Origin: Nemertoderma westbladi
Lineage: Eukaryota; Animalia; Xenacoelomorpha
Assembly (NCBI GenBank): GCA_032718475.1
Contig: JAUCBJ010008979.1
Coordinates: 1-64,000 of the forward strand
DNA length: 64,000 bases
Reading direction: 5' to 3'
Shown here: positions 50,801-61,628 of the stretch, piece by piece
Position numbering within the stretch: the stretch's first letter is position 1
Layout of the letters: every line of letters begins with the position of its first letter
The notes under the pieces: model-generated
What the model saw: only the letters and a program-made list of their open reading frames with translations
What the model was told of the DNA's origin: nothing
The model's database searches: none
Position numbers and translations under genes: made by a program

Positions 50801-52529
50801 CAAGCAAGAAATTAGAATTACCGAGAAACGTGAAAGAAACATACGGAGAGCCAAGCAAGAAATTAGAATTACCGAGAAACGTGAAAGAAACATACAGAGC
50901 CAAGCAAGACACGGGAATTACCGAGAAACGTGAAAGAAACTTATGGAGAGCCAAGCAAGAAATAAGAATTACCAAGAAAAGTGAAAGAAACATACGGAGA
51001 GCCAAGCGAGAAATGAGAATTACCAAGAAACGTGAAAGAAACATACGGAGAGCCAAGCAAGAAATTAGAATTACCGAGAAAAGTGAAAGAAACATACGGA
51101 GAGTCAAGCAAGTCACGGAAATTACCGAGAAACGTGAAAGAAACATACGGAGAGCCAAGCAAGAAATGAGAAATACCGAGAAACGTGAAAGAAACATACA
51201 GAGCCAAGCAAGAAATGAGAATTACCGAGAAAAGTGAAAGAAACATATGGAGAGCCAAACAAGAAATGAGAATTATCGAGAAAAGTGAAAGAAACATACG
51301 GAGAGCCAAGCAAGAAATGAGAATTACCGAGAAAAGTGAAAGAAACATATGGAGAGCCAAACAAGAAATGAGAATTACCAAGAAACGTGAAAGAAACATA
51401 AGGAGAGCCAAGCAAGAAATGAGAATTACCGAGAAAAGTGAAAGAAACATACGGAGATACAAGCAAGAAATGAGAATTACCAAGAAACGTGAAAGAAACA
51501 TACGGAGAGCCAAGCAAGAAATGAGAATTACCAAGAAAGGTGAAAGAAACATACGGAGAGACAAGCAAGAAATGATAATTACCGAGAAACGTGAAAGAAA
51601 CATAAGGAGAGCCAAGCAAGAAATGAGAATTACCGAGAAAAGTGAAAGAAACATACGGAGAGCCAAGCAAGAAATGAGAAATACCAAGAAACGTGAAAGA
51701 TACATACGGAGAGACAAGCAAGAAATGAGAATTACCAAGAAACGTGAAAGAAACATAAGGAGAGCCAAGCAAGAAATGAGAATTACCGAGAAAAGTGAAA
51801 GAAACATACGGAGATACAAGCAAGAAATGAGAATTACCAAGAAACGTGTAAGAAACATACGGAGAGCCAAGCAAGAAATGAGAATTACCAAGAAAGGTGA
51901 AAGAAACATACGGAGAGACAAGCAAGAAATGATAATTACCGAGAAACGTGAAAGAAACATAAGGAGAGCCAAGCAAGAAATGAGAATTACCAAGAAACGT
52001 GAAAGAAACATACGGAGAGCCAAACAAGAAATGAGAATTACCAAGAAACGTGAAAGAAACATACGGAGAGCCTAGCAAGAAATGAGAATTACCGAGAAAA
52101 GTGAAAGAAACATACGGAGATACAAGCAAGAAATGAGAATTACCAAGAAACGTGAAAGAAACATACGGAGAGCCAAGCAAGAAATGAGAATTACCAAGAA
52201 AGGTGAAAGAAACATACGGAGAGACAAGCAAGAAATGATAATTACCGAGAAATGTGAAAGAAACATAAGGAGAGCCAAGCAAGAAATGAGAATTACCAAG
52301 AAACGTGAAAGAAACATACGGAGAGCCAAACAAGAAATGAGAATTACCAAGAAACGTGAAAGAAACATACGGAGAGCCTAGCAAGAAATGAGAATTACCG
52401 AGAAAAGTGAAAGAAACATACGGAGATACAAGCAAGAAATGAGAATTACCAAGAAACGTGAAAGAAACATACGGAGAGCCAAGCAAGAAATGAGAATTAC
52501 CAAGAAAGGTGAAAGAAACATACGGAGAG
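26856..52529. repeat. 51/49-bp satellite array, left and central domains
   Basis: Consensus GAGAGCCAAGCAAGAAATGAGAATTACCGAGAAACGTGAAAGAAACATACG. A frequent 2-bp-shorter variant (CATAC-AGAGCC) occurs up to about 51200. Higher-order duplications are present. Confidence 0.98.
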
Positions 52530-54687
52530 TGTTACGGTATATGGCGCTGTATCCACAGTATTAGTCCATTATGCAGTATGCAATATTAGTCCGTTATACT
52601 GTATGTAATATTAGTCCGTTGTGCAGCATGATATTTTAGATAAGGCATAATAACGCAGTGGTATTTAGGTAAGGAAGTTAAAACGCCCATATATTTTGCA
52701 TCCATTCATTTTGTATAGTATGTAGCTCTACCTACGTAATTTTGTATTAGGTTATATGTAGATAGTTCCAGGGTAAGTTTATTCGGACCCTGGATTCCGT
52801 GCTTGCTGATATTAGCTTTAGTAGGGCTAGCATATAGGGACGCTGTCCTGGCCATTCAGCAGCCAGAGACGTGAACCATTACCATATATGGTAATAATTC
52901 GAGGAAAGGGAGCAAATAGGACTACAATCCGGCCTCCTTATTGGACTAGCTGCTTCCAGGTTGGTCTAGTGCTAGCACGGACTGGAGAGCCAATAAGAAA
53001 GCGATTGAGTCACCCTATTGCATCATCCCATCCGGATCACCTATAAATTGGCGGTGTGCCGGTAGAGCCTGTTATCAATCTGTTCAACCTGTTTTACTCT
53101 TCTTCAATCTGTCACATGATACACCCTTGTTACAATTTACTTGCTGAGCTGTCTCTAATTTTGTATTTTTCTGCAATTTGCTAATTTTGATTAATTTCTT
53201 GGAATGATTTGCTAGTGCGATTACTTTGCTTGTGTTTCTCAATAATTCCTTCGATTACTGCAAATTACAATCGAACTATGATTTCTACCTTTGATTGATG
53301 GTTCTATGTGATTCTTTTCTGCGCAATAATCCCAAGGGATTCCTGAAACTGTCAGACTTTGTGATTTGCATGCGCCGCTACGGTAGCTATTAGCGTAATG
53401 GAGGGCTAAGGTGCCAGTGGGCGGTGGGCGCATCGGGGGGTTGGGCGACTAGGAGAGAGCGGAGGATTCAAGGCGGGCAACGCTGGCTAGGGTCACCGTT
53501 GCGGGCGGGTAACTTGCACTGCGGCACGCAGACCGATCGCCGGTACAGCAAATTAGGGGGCTGATGATCCAGGTTTTGTCTCTATTTAGTATTAGGGGGC
53601 AGGAATTGGGTTAGTTAGGAATCCTAGATGTACCCGGGAGAGGCCTGCGCGTATTAAAACGTTGAGTGTGGAGTACGAGTAGTGAATTGCACAATTGTAA
53701 ACTGTGATTTCTAACGCTGATTGGTGTGTTATTGAAGTGTGCCTAAGATTACGAATGCTTAGATAGGCGCTCTTTTCCTTTGATTGATTTCTATTTCTTA
53801 GTTACAATAATTAGTTATTGATTAGGTCAAAGTAATACGGCAAATTAGGCTATTACTAGCGAAACCTGTTGCGTGATAAATTAGAATTACGTATTCTGGA
53901 ACTCTTAGTAATTAGTACGCTGTTAAATATTTGTGACTGTAATTAATTAGTAAAAAATTAAGAATTAGTACGCAGCATAGCGGAGAGTAGCTAAGGTAAT
54001 AATTAGTGTACTGTAAACTATTCACGCTGAGCGGTTATTTGCATTAGCGGACAATCAGCTAGAACGCACTATTCGGTACGCACGATACGCTAGTAATTTT
54101 GCTGGCCTAAAGCCAGTCGCGGGCAGTTTTAGACCCGGAGTGGTATTATCCACGTAGAAACAGATACTGTACCATTTTGATATTTTAAATATTCTCGCAT
54201 TCACACATTACGTTAGGGAACCTCCAGTATTCGCGATTAGAAAGACGTAGGTAATAGCGTGCTTTAATAATGATAAAATTAGGCGTAAGAATACTCTGAG
54301 TGCAAGGCCTCTCGCACTCGTCTTAAGTAAGCTTAGGGAGCCGACTCGGGTTTATTGTTTTGGTTATTCCCGCGTGGCTCATAGATTCGAACAGTTAGCT
54401 CTCTATCGAGCGATCGGTAGAGAAAGGAACAAGCGATTTTGCAGGAGTAGTGTAAAATTAGTAAAATATATTAGTGGACGGCAGATTAGCGCCATCTAAC
54501 GGTAAGTAGCGGTTTTGTATTTAGCAACCCTTACAATTTAGTAATAGCACGCTCCTGATCCCCTTTACTTAACAGTAGAGCAGTCTTTGTGTCTTATTGG
54601 TTAGACGAGAACTTATTAGGTTGGTAGAAGGATTATTGGTCTGTTCAACAGTTCTGCTGTTAGTATAGAGGTCGCGGTTGTTTATCA
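52530..54687. mobile_element. Solo-LTR-like insertion (2158 bp) in the satellite
   Basis: TGTTAC...TTATCA termini, 5-bp TSD GAGAG (52525-52529 and 54688-54692), no coding capacity, and the satellite register is continuous across it. Orientation and superfamily are unresolved. Confidence 0.8.
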
Positions 54688-57600
54688 GAGAGACAAGCAA
54701 GAAATGATAATTACCGAGAAACGTGAAAGAAACATAAGGAGAGCCAAGCAAGAAATGAGAATTACCAAGAAACGTGAAAGAAACATACGGAGAGCCAAAC
54801 AAGAAATGAGAATTACCAAGAAACGTGAAAGAAACATACGGAGAGCCTAGCAAGAAATGAGAATTACCGAGAAAAGTGAAAGAAACATACGGAGATACAA
54901 GCAAGAAATTAGAATTACCAAGAAACGTGAAAGAAACATACGGAGAGCCAAGCAAGAAATGAGAATTACCAAGAAAGGTGAAAGAAACATACGGAGAGAC
55001 AAGCAAGAAATGATAATTACCGAGAAACGTGAAAGAAACATAAGGAGAGCCAAGCAAGAAATGAGAATTAACGAGAAAAGTGAAAGAAACATACGGAGAG
55101 CCTAGCAAGAAATGAGAATTACCGAGAAAAGTGAAAAAACATACGGAGATACAAGCAAGAAATGAGAATTATCAAGAAACGTGAAAGAATCATACGGAGA
55201 GCCAAGCAAGAAATGAGAATTACCAAGAAAGGTGAAAGAAACATACGGAGAGACAAGCAAGAAATGATAATTACCGAGAAACGTGAAAGAAACATACGGA
55301 GAGCCAAGCAAGAAATGAGAATTACCAAGAAAGGTGAAAGAAACATACGGAGAGACAAGCAAGAAATGATAATTACCGAGAAACGTGAAAGAAACATAAG
55401 GAGAGCCAAGCAAGAAATGAGAATTACCAAGAAAGGTGAAAGAAACATACGGAGAGACAAGCAAGAAATGATAATTACCGAGAAACGTGAAAGAAACATA
55501 AGGAGAGCCAAGCAAGAAATGAGAATTACCGAGAAAAGTGAAAGAAACATACGGAGATACAAGCAAGAAATGAGAATTACCAAGAAACGGGAAAGAAACA
55601 TACGGAGAGCCAAGCAAGAAATGAGAATTACCAAGAAAGGTGAAAGAAACATACGGAGAGACAAGCAAGAAATGATAATTACCGAGAAACCTGAAAGAAA
55701 CATAAGGAGAGCCAAGCAAGAAATGAGAATTACCGAGAAAAGTGAAAGAAACATACGGAGAGCCAAGCAAGAAATGAGAATTACCAAGAAACGTGAAAGA
55801 AACATACGGAGAGCCAAACAAGAAATGAGAATTACCAAGAAACGTGAAAGAAACATACGGAGAGCCTAGCAAGAAATGAGAATTACCGAGAAAAGTGAAA
55901 TAAACATACGGAGATACAAGCAAGAAATGAGAATTACCAAGAAACGTGAAAGATACATACGGAGAGACAAGCAAGAAATGAGAATTACCAAGAAACGTGA
56001 AAGATACATACGGAGAGACAAGCAAGAAATGAGAATTACCGAGAAAAGTTAAAGAAACGTACGGAGAGCCAAGCAAAAAATGAGAATTACCAAGAAACGT
56101 GAAAGAAACATACGGAGAGCCAAACAAGAAATGAGAATTACCAAGAAACGTGAAAGAAACATACGGAGAGCCTAGCAAGAAATGAGAATTACCGAGAAAA
56201 GTGAAATAAACATACGGAGATACAAGCAAGAAATGAGAATTACCAAGAAACGTGAAAGAAACATACGGAGAGACAAGCAAAAAATGAGAATTACCAAGAA
56301 ACGTGAAAGAAACATACGGAGAGCCAAACAAGAAATGAGAATTACCAAGAAACGTGAAAGAAACATACGGAGAGCCTAGCAAGAAATGAGAATTACCGAG
56401 AAAAGTGAAATAAACATACGGAGATACAAGCAAGAAATGAGAATTACCAAGAAACGTGAAAGAAACATACGGAGAGACAAGCAAGAAATGAGAATTACCG
56501 AGAAAAGTGAAAGAAACGTACGGAGAGCCAAGCAAAAAATGAGAATTACCAAGAAACGTGAAAGAAACATACGGAGAGCCAAACAAGAAATGAGAATTAC
56601 CAAGAAACGTGAAAGAAACATACGGAGAGCCTAGCAAGAAATGAGAATTACCGAGAAAAGTGAAATAAACATACGGAGAGACAAGCAAGAAATAAGAATT
56701 ACCAAGAAACGTGAAAGATACATACGGAGAGACAAGCAAGAAATGAGAATTACCGAGAAAAGTGAAAGAAACGTACGGAGAGCCAAGCAAAAAATGAGAA
56801 TTACCAAGAAACGTGAAAGAAACATACGGAGAGCCAAACAAGAAATGAGAATTACCAAGAAAGGTGAAAGAAACATACGGAGAGCCTAGCAAGAAATGAG
56901 AATTACCGAGAAAAGTGAAATAAACATACGGAGATACAAGCAAGAAATGAGAATTACCAAGAAACGTGAAAGAAACATACGGAGAGACAAGCAAGAAATG
57001 AGAATTACCGAGAAACGTGAAAGAAACATACCATACGGAGAGACAAGCAAGAAATGATAATTACCAAGAAACGTGAAATAAACATACGGAGAGACAAGCA
57101 AGAAATAAGAATTACCAAGAAACGTGAAAGATACATACGGAGAGACAAGCAAGAAATGAGAATTACCGAGAAAAGTGAAAGAAACGTACGGAGAGCCAAG
57201 CAAAAAATGAGAATTACCAAGAAACGTGAAAGAAACATACGGAGAGCCAAACAAGAAATGAGAATTACCAAGAAACGTGAAAGAAACATACGGAGAGCCA
57301 AGCAAGAAATGAGAATTACCGAGAAAAGTGAAATAAACATACGGAGATACAAGCAAGAAATGAGAATTACCAAGAAACGTGAAAGAAACATACGGAGAGA
57401 CAAGCAAGAAATGAGAATTACCGAGAAACGTGAAAGAAACATACCATACGGAGAGACAAGCAAGAAATGATAATTACCGAGAAACGTGAAAGAAACATAC
57501 GGAGAGCCTAGCAAGAAATGAGAATTACCGAGAAAAGTGAAATAAACATACGGAGATACAAGCAAGAAATGAGAATTACCAAGAAACGTGAAAGAAACAT

Positions 57601-59740
57601 ACGGAGAGACAAGCAAGAAATGAGAATTACCGAGAAACGTGAAAGAAACATACCATACGGAGAGACAAGCAAGAAATGATAATTACCGAGAAACGTGAAA
57701 GAAACATAAGGAGAGCCAAGCAAGAAATGAGAATTACCGAGAAAAGTGAAAGAAACATACGGAGATACAAGCAAGAAATGAGAATTACCAAGAAACGTGA
57801 AAGAAACATACGGAGAGCCAAGCAAGAAATGAGAATTACCAAGAAAGGTGAAAGAAACATACGGAGAGACAAGCAAGAAATGATAATTACCGAGAAACGT
57901 GAAAGAAACATAAGGAGAGCCAAGCAAGAAATGAGAATTACCGAGAAAAGTGAAAGAAACATACGGAGAGCCAAGCAAGAAATGAGAAATACCAAGAAAC
58001 GTGAAAGATACATACGGAGAGACAAGCAAGAAATGAGAATTACCGAGAAAAGTGAAAGAAACGTACGGAGAGCCAAGCAAAAAATGAGAATTACCAAGAA
58101 ACGTGAAAGAAACATACGGAGAGCCAAACAAGAAATGAGAATTACCAAGAAACGTGAAAGAAACATACGGAGAGCCTAGCAAGAAATGAGAATTACCGAG
58201 AAAAGTGAAAGAAACATACGGAGATACAAGCAAGAAATGAGAATTACCAAGAAACGTGAAAGAAACATACGGAGAGCCAAGCAAGAAATGAGAATTACCA
58301 AGAAAGGTGAAAGAAACATACGGAGAGACAAGCAAGAAATGATAATTACCGAGAAACGTGAAAGAAACATAAGGAGAGCCAAGCAAGAAATGAGAATTAC
58401 CGAGTAAAGTGAAAGAAACATACGGAGAGCCAAGCAAGAAATGAGAATTACCAAGAAAGGTGAAAGAAACATACGGAGAGACAAGCAAGAAATGATAATT
58501 ACCGAGAAACGTGAAAGAAACATAAGGAGAGCCAAGCAAGAAATGAGAATTACCGAGAAAAGTGAAAGAAACATACGGAGAGCCAAGCAAGAAATGAGAA
58601 TTACCAAGAAAGGTGAAAGAAACATACGGAGAGACAAGCAAGAAATGATAATTACCAAGAAACATGAAAGAAACATACGGAGAGCCAAGCAAGAAATGAG
58701 AATTACCAAGAAAGGTGAAAGAAACATACGGAGAGACAAGCAAGAAATGAGAATTACCAAGAAACGTGAAAGAAACATACGGAGAGCCAAACAAGAAATG
58801 AGAATTACCAAGAAACGTGAAAGAAACATAAGGAGAGCCAAGCAAGAAATGAGAATTACCGAGTAAAGTGAAAGAAACATACGGAGAGCCAAGCAAGAAA
58901 TGAGAATTACCAAGAAAGGTGAAAGAAACATACGGAGAGACAAGCAAGAAATGATAATTACCAAGAAACATGAAAGAAACATACGGAGAGCCAAGCAAGA
59001 AATGAGAATTACCAAGAAAGGTGAAAGAAACATACGGAGAGACAAGCAAGAAATGAGAATTACCAAGAAACGTGAAAGAAACATACGGAGAGCCAAACAA
59101 GAAATGAGAATTACCAAGAAACGTGAAAGAAACATACGGAGAGCCTGGCAAGAAATGAGAATTACCGAGAAAAGTGAAAGAAACATACGGAGATACAAGC
59201 AAGAAATGAGAATTACCAAGAAACGTGAAAGAAACATACGGAGAGCCAAACAAGAAATGAGAATTACCAAGAAACGTGAAAGAAACATACGGAGAGCCTA
59301 GCAAGAAATGAGAATTACCGAGAAAAGTGAAAGAAACATACGGAGATACAAGCAAGAAATGAGAATTACCAAGAAACGTGAAAGAAACATACGGAGAGCC
59401 AAGCAAGAAATGAGAATTACCAAGAAAGGTGAAAGAAACATACGGAGAGACAAGCAAGAAATGATAATTACCGAGAAACGTGAAAGAAACATAAGGAGAG
59501 CCAAGCAAGAAATGAGAATTACCGAGAAAAGTGAAAGAAACATACGGAGAGCCAAGCAAGAAATGAGAAATACCAAGAAACGTGAAAGATACATACGGAG
59601 AGACAAGCAAGAAATGAGAATTACCGAGAAAAGTGAAAGAAACATACGGAGAGCCAAGCAAGAAATTAGAATTACCAAGAAACGTGAAAGAAACATACGG
59701 AGAGCCAAGCAAGAAATGAGAAATACCAAGAAACGTGAAA
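54688..59740. repeat. 51-bp satellite array, right domain
   Basis: Same monomer with its own variants (GCCTAG, AAAGGTG, ATGATAATT, a +5-bp CATAC duplication). No 49-bp units seen. Confidence 0.98.
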
Positions 59741-59920
59741 TGTTAGTCTGTTGAAATTAAATTTGTATTGGAAAGGCGATTTATATAGTTATACAAATCT
59801 AAATGTGGGACAAATATGGACCTAATCCTACATAAATAATTTATATATAAAATTGTTCAAATAAATTATTTCACACTTTCAGCTATTTGGTTTCGTCAAA
59901 ATAATATAAAATAAACATAC

Positions 59921-60106
59921 CAGGGCAGCAGAAACGTATCTCGTAATCGCTGCATTGTACGTCACTAGTCTGGTCAGTGTTCCTACAGATAAGACCATTA
60001 CTTGAATACATATAAAGAATGTCACCAGTTGCAGAGGCGTCAATGTGTGTTTGGATGGTTCTTCCTTTAGCGTATATAGGGTCCAAACAGTTGTGATTAG
60101 CAAACC
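59921..60106 (-). CDS. Exon type B of the WxxW/CysD gene: FANHNCLDPIYAKGRTIQTHIDASATGDILYMYSSNGLICRNTDQTSDVQCSDYEIRFCCP
   Basis: Acceptor CTTTCCTTGCAG, donor GTATGT, 186 nt, phase 1-1. Colinear paralogue of 4720-4905. Confidence 0.88.
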
Positions 60107-60491
60107 CTGCAAGGAAAGTTCCGTTCATTTGTTGTTGCTGTTATGTGAACAATTATATTGTAAAAATAAAAATAGAAAAATTACAAATAATTTAAATTAG
60201 GTTATAAAGATACAAAGAGGAAAAGAAACAAGACGTCACGAAACAAAAAGGAAATAAGTGTAGTAAACTCTAAACGATCTAGACCGAACTGGACCGTTCT
60301 GGACCGCCACATGAGATATAATTTAAAAACAACCATATAGATATATATATATATCATATATCTATGCATAGATAGATAGATATATTTATTGACTTAAAAT
60401 TTTGTTTGATTTTTGTAGATCACACGGGATATGGTGATTAGTAAGCGTAAAACTAAATTTATGGTAATAAACGGTGACAACAAGGACGACA

Positions 60492-60609
60492 AGGATCCGT
60501 TTGCGTTTAACGACTTATAAGCTATTTTTGATAGTGCTATAATGTCTAATAGGATCCGTTTGCTTTTAACGACTTATAAGCTATTTTTGATAGTGCTATA
60601 ATGTCTAAT
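60492..60609. repeat. 59-bp direct tandem duplication
   Basis: AGGATCCGTTTGC...AATGTCTAAT occurs twice (60492 and 60551) with one mismatch. Confidence 0.9.
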
Positions 60610-61628
60610 ATACTCTATTCCAGTGATACGTGGATAGTAAAGTATAACGTGCCTGAGGTTAACTGTATTTTTATAAAACTAGTTAAAATTTTGCTCAACG
60701 TAAGAAATACTACGCGAAATACCATGTGTTTAGTATAATTTGGTATGCCAGAAGGGAAAATTAATTGATAATAATAATATAAAGAAGTCAATATCTAAAC
60801 ATAAAACTATATGGCAGAAAGAAGACCCATTATATTTTGTTTATGATTTATGTAAATGTGCTAAAATACACCGGCATTTAGATATTTACAGGAACGATTG
60901 AATTGGGGAACAGATTTTTTTGCAGATAGTAAAGATCGTTTAAAAAGATATATGATTAAGTAGGCTCCTCTACATACTAAATTTGTAACGTAGCTATCTT
61001 TTAATTGATCCACCTTATCTGTGCATGATATATATGATAATCGATCACGTATTTGTATTCCTGATTATACGAGAGCAAATGTGTAAAGATTTCATTTAAG
61101 TTCACATAGACTACGTATAGAACAAGGTGTGCGAATGCTAGGGGGGGGGGGGGGGGGGTGGCGTAGGGGTTCGGTGTGTAACATAATGGGATATGAGCGC
61201 CAGCAGTTGAAAGTAAGATGACAAGTGCAGATAAAAAGAGAAATTAACAGAAAACCAGCCCATCCCACCTCCCTTCATACTCTCAAATACGCAATGCATT
61301 TTTTAAATTTGAGATAAATTTAAATTACAACGACAGTAGTACAACAATTTACAATTGTTGTGAGCGTATTCAATTCCGCCACATTCAAGCCCCATAAAGT
61401 GAGGTTTAAGCAATATTGGAACTAAAAGGTTGATTTGATTACCAATCAACCTTGTATCACCCCAATAAGCAGGGACAATAGGCCCCAAGGGAACACACAC
61501 AGCGGGGGTCAGAGGTTACACCCCTGAGAGAGAGAGAGAGCAACAGGGGCGAAGGGAAACCCTCCAGGGGAAGCAGAAGGGCGACAACAGGGTTATTAGC
61601 CAATGGGGGGAAGGCATCGGCTGAGTAG

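Larger units (their letters stand above)
5573..59920 (-). other. Predicted giant intron (54,348 nt) of the WxxW/CysD gene
   Basis: GTATGT donor at 59920 and TTGCAG acceptor at 5573 join in frame (...RFCCP-E-EDHPEC...). No other WxxW exon was recognised in between. The two sides could instead belong to separate tandem paralogues. Confidence 0.6.

Noticed and set aside
26856-59740. The satellite as the PTS exon of a mucin
   Set aside because: No frame on the gene's strand is Pro/Thr/Ser-dominated, and no suitable exon boundaries were found.
26782-59754. Hundreds of ORFs encoding 17-aa repeats (EKRERNIRRAKQEMRIT on plus; YVSFTFLGNSHFLLGSP and MFLSRFSVILISCLALR on minus) as a giant repetitive protein
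   Set aside because: The 51-bp monomer simply lacks stops in three frames. Frequent 49-bp and some 56-bp units shift the frame, and a TE interrupts the array. Several common variants are synonymous in one minus frame, but by eye the variants fall on all three codon positions.
61290-61628. Hairpin-rich segment (AAGGTTGATT/AATCAACCTT) as an ncRNA or the 3' UTR of a minus-strand retroelement
   Set aside because: No recognisable family motif or adjacent ORF is visible in the window.
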